Assembly: GCF_001194135.2 (NCBI RefSeq)
Contig: NC_068985.1
Coordinates: 32,568,810 to 32,602,146, forward strand
From: Octopus bimaculoides
Lineage: Eukaryota
Direction: 5' to 3'
DNA: 33,337 nt
The first letter of the stretch is position 1; every line of letters begins with the position of its first letter. The position numbers and the translations under genes were made by a program. The notes under the pieces are model-generated. The model searched no databases. It worked only from the letters and a program-made list of their open reading frames with translations, and was not told the origin of the DNA. This document shows, piece after piece, positions 11,079-21,683 of the stretch.

Positions 11079-11376
11079 TATAACGGAACGCTGAACTCCA
11101 GACTATCAACTTAAACAACACTTTATTTAGGTGGTAAATATATACATCTTTAGTTCTTGTTGTTACAGCTTCTGTGTGTATGAGCATAGTTGTTGGGACG
11201 TTGTTCCGTAGTTGTGAGCGAGCTGTCTTGTGTAAGTCCAAAAGATGTAGAGACAGCTTTAGCACACGTCCATGCTCATGGTCGGCCGACCGTAAAAGAG
11301 AAAGATTAAAGCGGGAAAGTTTGCTTCTTTAATTCCACGCATGCGTGAGACTACGCATGCGCACGGCGTTACTACA
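11079..11376 (-). mobile_element. Possible solo LTR
   Basis: About 300 bp, CpG-richer than its flanks; minus strand starts TGTAGTAACG, has AATAAA near the other end and ends ...CGTTATA. No TSD found. Confidence 0.35.
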
Positions 11377-11721
11377 ATAGTATATATGTATGTGTGTTTA
11401 TGTGGATATGTATGTATACATATGTGTGTGTGTACATATGTAAATATATGATGGACTCAGGAACTTGCTGTACAGGATATATATGGCTACTCCAACTGAA
11501 AAAAAAAAGAATGATCTGTTGGTTGTGCAATGTAAGTGTGTGTGTGTATATTTCAACAGTCACCAGTCAGATTTCACACACACATAGAGAAAGAGTCAAC
11601 AGATGAGATCCAGAGATGCTCAATATAGAAAGCACTTAATAGCACTCCAGAATCTTTACCAAGGACTAAGCCTGTGGGCTAAAGAGTGGCTATAAGGGGG
11701 ATATACACACACATATATATA

Positions 11722-11775
11722 CTGTCGTTTAACATCTATATTCCATGCTGGTATGTGTTGGATGGGTTGACAGTG
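11722..11775 (-). mobile_element. Very short RTE tail fragment
   Basis: gtcgtttaacatctatattccatgctggtatgtgttggatggg is a degenerate tail terminus. Confidence 0.5.
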
Positions 11776-12097
11776 TACAACATGCATGTGGGCTGCATGG
11801 TCCCTTGCTGTAGAAGTGATACATGGCTATTCTAACTGGAAAGGAAGAAAGGATGGTGGAGATATGGTGTCTGAGTGTATCTTTAGTCAACAAGGAGGTA
11901 GATATAGAGAGTATAGGGACTTAGAATTAAGGATGGTTGGATGGTAGCTAGGCTCATGTAAGTGTGAAAAGAGAGTGATAGACTGCAGAGATGAGGACAG
12001 AAGTGAATGGTCAACATGGATAGAGGCATGGGCTGTGGTGAGTCTCAGTTTGGAAGAATGTAAGGAAAATATGTATGCTGTAGTCTGCAATTTTGTC

Positions 12098-12690
12098 ATG
12101 GACTGGAACAAATAACCAATGTGAAATTTTGCATTAAACTTGGGAAGTCTGCTATAGAGACATTGAGCATGCTTCGGCAAGCTTATGATAACAAGGCAAT
12201 GAGTCGCTTGCAATATTGCAAGTGGCATGGGCTTTTCAAAAGCAGAATGTCCCTGGAAGATGATGAGCAATCTAGAAGACGTATCATGAGCATCACCCCC
12301 AGGAATGTGGTATTATACATTGAGAATCTATCCCCCAAGGCCAGACCATCAATCTAGAGTTCTGCTACAACGTTTTGAAGCATTTGAGGGAGGACATTTG
12401 GCGAAAGTGACCGGATCTGTGGAACATGAAGAATAGGATTCTTCACTGAGCTCATGTGACTCATGAGTTTCTCACCAAAAACAACATGGTATCACTCCCA
12501 CACCTGCTCTATTTGCCATATTTAGCACCTGCAAACTTCTATCTCTTCCCCAAGATGAAAATACGGCTCAAAGGTCACTGTTGCCAAGATCTAGAGTGAA
12601 TCATTGAAGGTTCTTGACTTGTTTACAGAAAACGACTTCCAGGCCAGATTCCAAAAGTGGCAGGAACGCTGGGACCAGTGTATTGGCCAG
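12098..12690 (+). mobile_element. Internally deleted mariner transposase remnant
   Basis: KFCIKLGKSAIETLSMLRQAY..., EDDEQS (HTH region), then the C-terminal region with a degenerate YSPDLAP motif (ccatatttagcacctgcaaacttc) and FQKWQERWDQCI. Confidence 0.8.
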
Positions 12691-12867
12691 TTTCCTCCCA
12701 AGGACATCCCCATCACATTTCATCTTACTAACTGTAGCTTTTCCTTGATATCTATCCATCATTCTTTCCACCTATGATTGACATTGACTCCACCCCTGAA
12801 CCATAAAATCCCCCCCCCCACTTTTCTGCCATATGCACCCATATGTATGTATGTATGAATATATATA

Positions 12868-13163
12868 NNNNNNNNNNNNNNNNNNNNNNNNNNNNNNNNN
12901 NNNNNNNNNNNNNNNNNNNNNNNNNNNNNNNNNNNNNNNNNNNNNNNNNNNNNNNNNNNNNNNNNNNNNNNNNNNNNNNNNNNNNNNNNNNNNNNNNNNN
13001 NNNNNNNNNNNNNNNNNNNNNNNNNNNNNNNNNNNNNNNNNNNNNNNNNNNNNNNNNNNNNNNNNNNNNNNNNNNNNNNNNNNNNNNNNNNNNNNNNNNN
13101 NNNNNNNNNNNNNNNNNNNNNNNNNNNNNNNNNNNNNNNNNNNNNNNNNNNNNNNNNNNNNNN
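12868..13163. other. Assembly gap (296 N)
   Basis: N run. Confidence 1.
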
Positions 13164-13470
13164 TACTTACACTCTGTCAAGTATGCACACTGACATTACT
13201 CATCCATCGGAGCATACTGGCTTCATTTCTTGCAAGCTTACGCATGTCCTCAGCAGTCACGGCCCATGTTTCACTGCTATGTAGCATGGCTGTTCGTACA
13301 CATGCGTCATACAGTCTGCCTTTTACTTTGAGTGAGAGGCCCTTTGTCGCCAGCAGGAGTAAGAGTTCTCTGAACTTTGCCCAGGCTATTCTTATTCTAG
13401 CAGCTACACTTTCAGTGCACCCACCCCCACTACTAACTTGGTCACCCAGGTAGCGGAAGCTATCAACTAC
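13164..13470 (-). mobile_element. RTE-LINE RT C-terminal fragment
   Basis: Minus strand DSFRYLGDQVSSGGGCTESVAARIRIAWAKFRELL...KGRLYDACVRTAMLHSSETW. Confidence 0.88.
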
Positions 13471-13484
13471 GTCTAGTTTATCTC

Positions 13485-13545
13485 CTCAGTCAAATCGTCC
13501 AACCCATGCTAGCATGGAAAGCTGATGTTAAACAACGATGATGAT
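13485..13545 (+). mobile_element. RTE tail terminus in opposite orientation to the adjacent RT fragment
   Basis: cctcagtcaaatcgtccaacccatgctagcatggaaagctgatgttaaacaacgatgatgatg. Confidence 0.8.
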
Positions 13546-13590
13546 GTGTGTGTTCGCACACATATGTACATATATATATGTGTGTGTTCT

Positions 13591-14403
13591 AATGTATCCA
13601 ACTTTATTTTTCCCTGCCAAGACTAATGCCACATAGGCAAACTCCTTTGGGTGGGAGATTACACCACCCTTCTTGTGCATGCATGAAAATTTTCACACCA
13701 GTAGGCTGTGTCAGTTACCGACCGTTACACTTATAGTACAGGCATATAGTGTATGCTTATCAGATTTTTGTTTTCATGTAAGATAACTTAGCACATTGAG
13801 CAGAGACCATAAACCCATGTCTCATCACTAGTGATAATGGTCTTCATGAAGTCTGGGTTTCCATGCGAAGTTGCTTCAGCTGCTCTGCCAGCACTTAGAG
13901 GACGAATTTCACTTACATTCTCAGCATGCACGAATCCTCCATTAAATTGGAATACACTGATCTTGTGCTTATTCCTCACTTTCTGAGCAATTTCCTGGAT
14001 TGTTACGCAAGTCTTCTACAACTATTTTCCACCTTCTCAATTGGCTCCTTGTTTCAGCTTGTGGATGGCCTGCCTTGCTCTCTACTAAGGTGTGATCATA
14101 TTTGCAGCAATTGTACCACTCCTTGATCTGAGTTTTTCCCATGACATCATTGCCAAAGGTCTACTGGATCTTCTGGAAGGTTTGTGCTGAAGTACCACCA
14201 AGCTTTTAGCAAAGTTTAATGCAGTATCTCTGTTCAATGCATTAGGTGAAAATGGAAATTCGTTGGGCATGCACTACATATCTGTACTCTAGGCATATCA
14301 AAAGCTTTCGAGTATATACAGGAAAGGTGGTGTCACCTCCCACCCAAAGGATTTTGCCTAGACAGCATTAGTTTAGGTGGAGAAAAACACAGTCAGATAC
14401 ATT
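13591..14403 (-). mobile_element. Internally deleted Tc1/mariner element with ~87-bp imperfect terminal inverted repeats
   Basis: 13591-13677 is the imperfect reverse complement of 14317-14403. The interior encodes mariner N-terminal pieces and IITSDETWVY (TGDETW-like). Confidence 0.8.
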
Positions 14404-14710
14404 TTGTGGAAGAGGTCAACCCAGGAAGACATGGGATGAGGTGTTGATGTATGATCTTCGGATGTTGAGTCTCATTGAGACTGACAAGTAACTGAGATCT
14501 TTAGCAATTTGCTGTGCTTGAGAAGACGTGTCAAGCCAAGTGAAATGGTCATTACTTGTAAACGGCACCCACTACACTATGGAGTGGTTAGCATTGGGAA
14601 GGGCAATTAACTGTAGAAACCAAGCCAAAGAGATAGGAGCCTGGTGCAGCTCTCCAGTTAAACCGTCTAACCATGCCAGCATGGAAAATGGATGCTAAAT
14701 GATGATAATG
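14404..14710 (+). mobile_element. RTE-LINE 3' end with deleted 3'UTR
   Basis: CGRGQPRKTWDEVLMYDLRMLSL (RGRPRKTW-like), then the tail ending ccatgccagcatggaaaatggatgctaaatgatgat. Confidence 0.8.
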
Positions 14711-15052
14711 ATTTTTTGAATATGCCTTAAAAACATTATGTTGGCATATATTTTCAAATATATTAATTTAAATGATTCAACAGACCTGATTGTCGGCTTT
14801 GTATGGTGAATTCAACAATTAAAGATGTGATTTTCTCTATTTGAATTTTTGATGTCTAGTTCTCTGAATTTCTCGAAATTCTCATAAATGATATTTAATT
14901 CTACACGTCATACATGAGGAATTACCTTGGATGTATATTCTACTTGCATTTATTGGTGTCTGATTGTTTGATATAGTTAATCAAATTTGTTTAAAATTGA
15001 GTGCTTTATTGATATCTGCTTGGATTTTTTAATCCACTTTTTTTTATATTAT

Positions 15053-16660
15053 CATCATTGTTTAACATCTGCTTTCCATGCTGGCATGGGTTGAACAGTT
15101 TGACTGAGGACTGGCAAGCCAGAAGGCTGCACCAGGCTCCAGTCTGATCTAGCAATGTTTCTACAGCTGGATGTCCTTCCTAACACCAACTACTCTGAGA
15201 GTGTAGTGGGTCCTTTTTACATACCACTGGCATGATGGCCAGTCAGGTGGTACTGGCATCAACCACGCTCAAATGTTGCTGTTTACATGCCACCAGCACA
15301 AGAGCCAGTCAGGCAGCACTGGCGTTGACCACATTCATATGGTGCATTTTACATGCCACCGGTATGGGAGCCAGTCTGGTGGGACTAGCATTGATCATGC
15401 TCAAATGGTGCTTTTTATGTGCCATCACCTAGATAGCGGAAGTTTTTCTCCCTGGAATGTGGCAAAAGTTCTTTTCTGCACATTTACAGTGTTTATAGCT
15501 CCTGAACATCTGCTACATACAAAAACTAACTTCCCAGTTAACCTTCCTCTGATATTGCTGCACCTCTTATATGTGTCCATATCTTGCACTAGGTTTCTAC
15601 CTACGCCTTTTCTACAGATCGAGCAGGGCCATCTACCTGAAGGAGTTTGTGTTTTTTCTACCTTCCTATTTATTAGGACTTTGGTTTTAGCTTGGTTGAC
15701 TCTAAGACCCTTCGATTCTAGTCCTTGCTTCCACACCTGAAACTTCTCCTCTAGTTCTGATAGTGACTCAGCAATTAGTGCAAAGTTATCAGCATAGAGG
15801 AGCTCCCAGGGGCATCCTGTCTTGAATTCCTCTGTTATAGCCTGGAGGACTATGATAAATAGGAGGGGGCTGAGGACAGAACCTTGGTGGACCCCTGCCT
15901 CTACCTGGAATTCTTCACTGTACTCATTGCCAACCCTCACCTTACTGACAGCGTCTCTGTACATGGCTCGCACAGCTCTTACTAACCATTTCTTCTATCC
16001 CTAGTTTCCTCATTGACCACCAGATGAGGGATCGGGGAACCCTGTCAAAGNNNNNNNNNNNNNNNNNNNNNNNNNNNNNNNNNNNNNNNNNNNNNNNNNN
16101 NNNNNNNNNNNNNNNNNNNNNNNNNNNNNNNNNNNNNNNNNNNNNNNNNNNNNNNNNNNNNNNNNNNNNNNNNNNNNNNNNNNNTATGACCCTCTCCGTG
16201 ACTTTCATTACCTGATCTAACAGCTTGATACCTCTGTAATTATTTGTATCTAAAGCGTCACCTTTACCTTTGTAGCAGTTGACTATGGTGCTGCTACACC
16301 AGTCATTGGGTATGACTCCCTTGTGTATCACCTGGTTAACAATACAGGTGACTAGGCTATAGCCGACACTGCCAGATATTTTGAGCATCTCTGCAGTGAT
16401 TTCTGACGGGCCAGGGGCTTTCCTTGTTTTCATACTCTTAATTGCTTTATCTATCATGGTACTGTCAACTCGGATAGCTGGTCCCTCTGTTGGGTCGACA
16501 TTCGGCAGACTCTCTTTCTCTCATTCATTCTCTTTATTGAGCAATCTTTCGTAGTGGCATCTCCAAACTGCTTTCTTTGCAGCCTTGTTTAGTGCAAGCA
16601 TTCCATCATCCATGTGAACACATTTCTCTCTCACACACACTGTCTAGCAACACGAAATAC
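15053..16660 (-). mobile_element. RTE-clade LINE, RT domain plus 3'UTR (pseudogenised; gap at 16051-16185)
   Basis: KAPGPSEITAEMLK, KGKGDALDTNNYRGIKLL, FDRVPR, GVHQGSVLSPLLF, ELLYADNF, GLRVNQAKTK; tail at 15053-15425. Confidence 0.93.
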
Positions 16661-16900
16661 CTCAAGTCTTTGGTCCTCACGGCGCAGAACTCCGACAAAA
16701 TAAATTGGTTAATAGATTCCAGGGTAGCAAAGATCACAAAATGTTCCTATGTATTTCCCTGAAGAGAAGATTACATCTTTATCAACATCACCTATTCCTT
16801 TGGAAGGTAATATTTGTAATCTTTGAAACATATGTTGGAAATAAAAGAATTCATTTAACATATACGTATTACTCCATTTACTTAACTTATATATATATAT

Positions 16901-17460
16901 ACTAGCAGTATAACCCGACCTTGTCCAGGTGTGACTTATTACGCCATCTACGATAAGTCTTGCTAGGTGAAATCAACTAAAAAAGAAAGCCTTAAAACGA
17001 AGAAAGCCTTACAACGAAGAAACCCTTATGATGTAAATAAGTTCATAATTCAAAAGACGATGAAATTAATAAGGAAAGTCTGAAAGCTATTTTACGTAAT
17101 ATTATTAAGCGTACGTAAATTTCATCCGTCTAATTGGCTATAGAAATGCTTGTGCAAAACAACTTTTTGCGCTGCCTTGATTATACATAGCAGGGTAATC
17201 CCTTTTCGCAGGAGCTAGGACGGCAATTTGTGATGAAGCAATTGCTGGCGATCTGTTGCTACACAGTTTTGCCAGAATTCTATCAGATTGGGCAGAAGAT
17301 GTTGATGCACCATTTTGCATTATGTTCAAAGTAACTTCTGGAATGTGGTGAATTGCTGCAGTCTGTTGCTGTCATTTTAAACCGGTTGCTTTCTTTTCCC
17401 AGCAAACTCTCTTCTTTGGAGGCATAATCTATGTATATATTAAACAGAACAAAAGTTATA
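16901..17460 (-). mobile_element. Helitron-like 3' terminus plus internal sequence (far boundary uncertain)
   Basis: a|ctagcagtataacccgaccttgtccaggt is CTAG plus a degenerate CCGG-type hairpin, inserted in an (AT)n tract. Confidence 0.5.
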
Positions 17461-17524
17461 ATAGATGGCAGGGTTGGTACTTTTCACATATCTGTAATTT
17501 TTCAGATTAACACCCGCACGATTA

Positions 17525-17675
17525 CCCAACCCTAATCCTAATCCTAAACATAATCCTAACACTAACCCTAACATTCACCCTAGACCCTAACACTAAAACC
17601 CTAACCCTGACCCCAAAACCGTAACCGTAACACTAATCCTAACCATAACCGTAACCCTAACACTAACACCCTAGT
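17525..17675 (+). repeat. Degenerate (CCCTAA)n telomere-like hexamer tract
   Basis: aaccctaatcctaatcctaaac...aaccgtaaccctaacactaac. Confidence 0.8.
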
Positions 17676-18673
17676 GAAAATCGTGGTATATTTACAAAAC
17701 ATTGATGAACATGAGTTTTATTTGTGTACTTGCACGTGTATGAGTTTGAGAGAGCGAGAGAGGAAGAGGTAGAGAGAGGGGGAGAAAGGAATAGAGGTAG
17801 TTAAAAGTTTTCTTATGACGGCTTCTCTTCACTGCCTATTACTTCATTAGAAATCTAAGGATGCACATAAGGACATAATAGAGAAAAATGAAACAAATAT
17901 GACGACTTGCTCCGAAACACCACCGAGTGGGGAACACTCTCTCAAAAATAACCTGCAGTTATTGTCTGCAGACAGACAATGTAACGAAAACATGAATGAG
18001 TGAGCCCCAGATGCCTTGGGAGAAAGAACCGAATGTAAAAACAAAGCACGTATAACAACAGAAAACAGATACATAAAAAACAGTTGGTATATTTCGACTC
18101 CTCACGAAGTAAGTGATGCTGGCGTGTGTAGGAAATTTGAAAGTGAAGCGAGGAAAAAGCGATGTGATGTGCACGGACAATGGTCGAAACAGAGAAATGG
18201 TGATAAGCCCCAGATGACCAGGTCAAGTGTATAGTTAGAGGTAGAGGGACAAAAGAAAGCTATTAAATGAGAGAGAGGAAGAGGAACGAAGAGTGAAAAG
18301 ATAGAGAAAGGAATACAGAACGAGAGAAATGGAGAACGGAAGACAGTTATAAAATAGCAATGCGTGCGCGTTTTTATATTAGAAAGACACAAAAAGTAAA
18401 TCTTATATCTATAATGTTGATGTGTTTATGTGTATGTTGTCATATATCACGTATGTGTAATTGTGTGTGTTTTTACGTTTCTATGTTATGAAAAATATGC
18501 TAGAGGTAGAGGAAAAGTATTAAATGAGAGAGAGGAAGAAGTAAGAGTTTAAAGGTAAACCAAGTTAATCTATGATTATGTATGTATCACTTTCTCTCTC
18601 TCTCTCTTTTACTCTTATTCTCTAAGGAATATAAAAGTTGCTAGAAACGACAGCCAAATCTCCCTTAAATCAC

Positions 18674-18773
18674 NNNNNNNNNNNNNNNNNNNNNNNNNNN
18701 NNNNNNNNNNNNNNNNNNNNNNNNNNNNNNNNNNNNNNNNNNNNNNNNNNNNNNNNNNNNNNNNNNNNNNNNN
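18674..18773. other. Assembly gap (100 N)
   Basis: N run. Confidence 1.
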
Positions 18774-19940
18774 TTCCTAACGCCAACCACTCAGAGAGTG
18801 TAGTGGGTGTTTTTACGAGGCCAGTCAGGTGGTGCTAGCAACGGCCATGCTCAATGGTGTATTTTATGTGCCACCCGCACAATACCTAGTCATGGGGCAC
18901 TGGTAACAATCTCTCTCAAAAGTCCTTACACATGCCGCGGGCACAATTGCCAGAAAGGCGACACTGGGCACAGGTGCCATCACGATTTCGCTTGCCCCAA
19001 TAAGTCTTCGCAAGCTGAGTTTCATGCCCAATGAAGGAGACGACGTTGGCTTGGGTGCCAGTCGTCGAATTTAACTCGATTTCAATTTCACTTGCCTCAA
19101 CAGGTCTTCACAAGTGGAGTTTAGTGTCCAATTTCCTCAATTCGATTTCACTTGAGACGACATTGGCATGGGTGCCAGTCGTCGAATTTAACTCGATTTC
19201 GATTTCACTTGCCTCAACAGGTCTTCACAAGTGGAGTTTAGTGTCCAATTTACTCGATTCGATTTCACTTGAGATGACATTGGCATGGGTGCCAGTCGTC
19301 GAATTTAACTCGATTTCGATTTCACTTGCCTCAACAGGTCTTCGCAAGTGGAGTTTAGTGTCCAATTTAACTCGATTTCGATTTCACTTGCCTCAACAGG
19401 TCTTCGTAAGTGGAGTTTAGTGTCCAATGAAGGAAGGTACGCATAAGTGGACTGGCTGAGGCCTTAGATTTAGGTCTCACTTGGCTTACCGGGTCTTCTC
19501 ACGCACAGCATTTGGCAGAGTTTCTACAGCTGGATGCCCTTCCTAACACCAGCCACTCAGAGAGTGTAACGGGTGCTTTTACATGCCATCGGCACGAAGG
19601 CCAGTCAGGCGGTACTGGCAATGGTCACGCTCAAAATGGTGTATTTTATGTGCCACCCGCACAAGAGCCAGTCTAGGGGCACTGGCAACGATCTCGCTCG
19701 AAAGTCCTTACACATGCCGCGGGCGCAATTGCCAGAAAGGCGACACTGGGCACAGGTGCCATCACGATTTCGCTTGCCCCAATATGTCTTCACAAGCTGA
19801 GTTTCGTGTCCAATGAAGGAGACGATGTTGGTGTGGGTGCCAGTCGTCGAATTTAACTCGATTTCGATTTCACTTGCCTCAACAGGTCTTCGCAAGTGGA
19901 GTTTAGTGTCCAATGAAGGAAGGTACGCATAAGTGAACTG
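18774..19940 (-). mobile_element. Two head-to-tail RTE 3'UTR copies (18774-19510 and 19511-19940)
   Basis: Both align with 8234-8878; junction cacgcacagcat|ttggcagagtttctac. Confidence 0.85.
19037..19427. repeat. Tandem array of three 117-bp units plus a partial unit inside the RTE 3'UTR
   Basis: Unit starts gagacgac/gagatgac at 19037, 19154 and 19271. This period produces the 39-aa repeat in ORF 19031..19420. Confidence 0.92.
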
Positions 19941-20929
19941 GTTATATATATATAATAGTATTTAAAGAAAAAAATAGTATAAATAGCAAAAAAAGAAAAC
20001 AAAAAAATGTAGTCAAGTTAAAACACTGGTGTAAAGTTTGGATGTTACATAACAAGTGCAGTGTCTGGAGAAAGTTATAAAAGGACTTTAAAAAAACACA
20101 TAATAGAAGACCATCGAAGTGAGCACAACAAAAACAAAAGGGGAAACAATTTGTGGTTAAATGCTGAAGATAAAACTTTTTCTTTTTTATTTGGAATAAA
20201 ATAAATATATGAAAGAAAAAAAGTATTAGAAGAATAAAAGATTCATTGGGGAAGAGTCAGTGTTACAAAATGAAGAGTCAGTGAGGGTTTCAAGAAACTG
20301 CAAATTGTTCATTACACATGTGAACAGCGAAAATAAAGTGCTATTTTCACAAAGAATTATTGAAAAGAAATACTTTGTTATGCAGTAGGAGGGAGTCGTA
20401 ACATGTAATTCTAAAATCCTGTAATAAATTCCAGAGGTGAAGTGGGCAGCAGGTAAATAAAATTAGACTGGATCAGCACATGATGGAGGAATTGAATGGA
20501 GAGTAATGCAGGGGAGATAAAGAGGAGATTGAAAAATGAGTGTGTGTGTGTGTAGTGAAGCAGATGTATGTGTATTTTTGTGTGTGCGTATGTGGGTGGA
20601 AAGGTCAGTAGCAAAGACTGACTGCTATATTGGGCAATAGTCAAATCAAGCAAAGTAGAAGTTGTAGGTTTGTGGAAGTAAGGAACTGTGTATGTGTGTG
20701 TTCTATTACAGGTATGTGTTTATAAATGCATGTGTGTACGTGTACATGGGCAGAGGGTAGATGTGTGTGTGTGTGTGTCCTAGTGAGGGGTGTAAGAGGA
20801 TTTTTGTGGACATGCTGGTGTACAAGTTGTTAAGTAGGCAAGAAAGTGGAGATGAGTTGTGTGCATGTGAAATTGTAGAGTGGCAAAGGTGTAAGTGTAT
20901 TGAGGGTAAATGGTGGGTGGGAGTGCTAT

Positions 20930-21310
20930 GGCATAAGAGCAGGAGAAAGAGGACTTGAAGAATTTCGAAGGAGAGTTAATACTGAAAGAACTATAGGTTT
21001 GGATAGAGAAACTGAGCTCCTGTTCCTTCAGGAGTCAAATGGTGGAAGGGGTCAAGTGTAGCCATGATGAAGTTCAAGAGGTATTGGGTGAAAATGTCAA
21101 GAGGTAGGAGACTTGCTGCCAAGTCAGATGTCACTGTAGTGTTGTGTGAACTTAGTCAGTGGCCAGTTTGCCCAATGTAAAAAAGATTGCAGGGAGAACA
21201 TTCAAGTGCATATATAAGGTTAGTGGAAGTACAGTGGAAGGAATCTCTAGTGTGTAAAGTGTAGTAATGGATGTGATATGTATATACACATCCTGTGCAT
21301 ATACCACGTC
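20930..21310 (-). mobile_element. Decayed Penelope-like GIY-YIG endonuclease fragment (Neptune-type Cys-rich)
   Basis: Minus strand DSFHCTSTNLIYALECSPCNLFYIGQTG...LKEQELSFSIQT (IY...YIG plus catalytic E helix). Confidence 0.72.
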
Positions 21311-21529
21311 ATTCTAATTAATGAACATGGAAATGTATTGGTCATAGAGTTTTTATGTTAGAAGTGTTTTTTAGATATTTATTTACTTTTGTAATACAGG
21401 TACGGCTATCTCAGTGTGAATATTTCTAAAATACTTACTCAATCTAGACTCATTGGTAGTCACCTCCTTTTAGATTTTATGAAATATGAAGTGTTTGTGA
21501 AAATAGTAATATCCTTTATTTCTTTGTAG

Positions 21530-21683
21530 GAGACAAGATTGTGACACTGGTGGAAATGTCTGCACAGGCTGTTGCTTGCCACATTCCTTTTGAAGTTGTT
21601 GAAAATTTCCGACAGCCTGTTCCAGATCAGCTTCAACTCAGGATTGCTTTTTGGAGTTTTCCTGAAAATGAAGAAGATATACG
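21530..21683 (+). CDS. ZSWIM8: ZSWIM8 coding exon 2 (BC-box/cullin-box region)
   Basis: tttgtag|GA; (G)DKIVTLVEMSAQAVACHIPFEVVENFRQPVPDQLQLRIAFWSFPENEEDI(R); donor CG|gtagt; 154 nt, phases 1 to 2. Confidence 0.95.

Noticed and set aside
12752-13193. Long ORFs spanning N runs (also 15942-16457 in part, 23719-24457, 18638-18838)
   Set aside because: Lengths are artefacts of translating gaps; only the flanking TE-derived residues are informative.
17525-17675. True telomere or chromosome fusion site
   Set aside because: Short, highly degenerate, single orientation and inside an intron next to a Helitron-like element; such tracts are common TE-internal microsatellites.
19031-19420. 129-aa ORF with 39-aa repeats; superficially a repeat protein or CRISPR-like array
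   Set aside because: It is the antisense reading of a 117-bp tandem in an RTE 3'UTR; there are no unique spacers, no cas genes, and the context is eukaryotic.
20240-20930. Hammerhead expected downstream of the second Penelope-like fragment
   Set aside because: No CUGANGA...GAAA core recognisable on the minus strand; too degraded.
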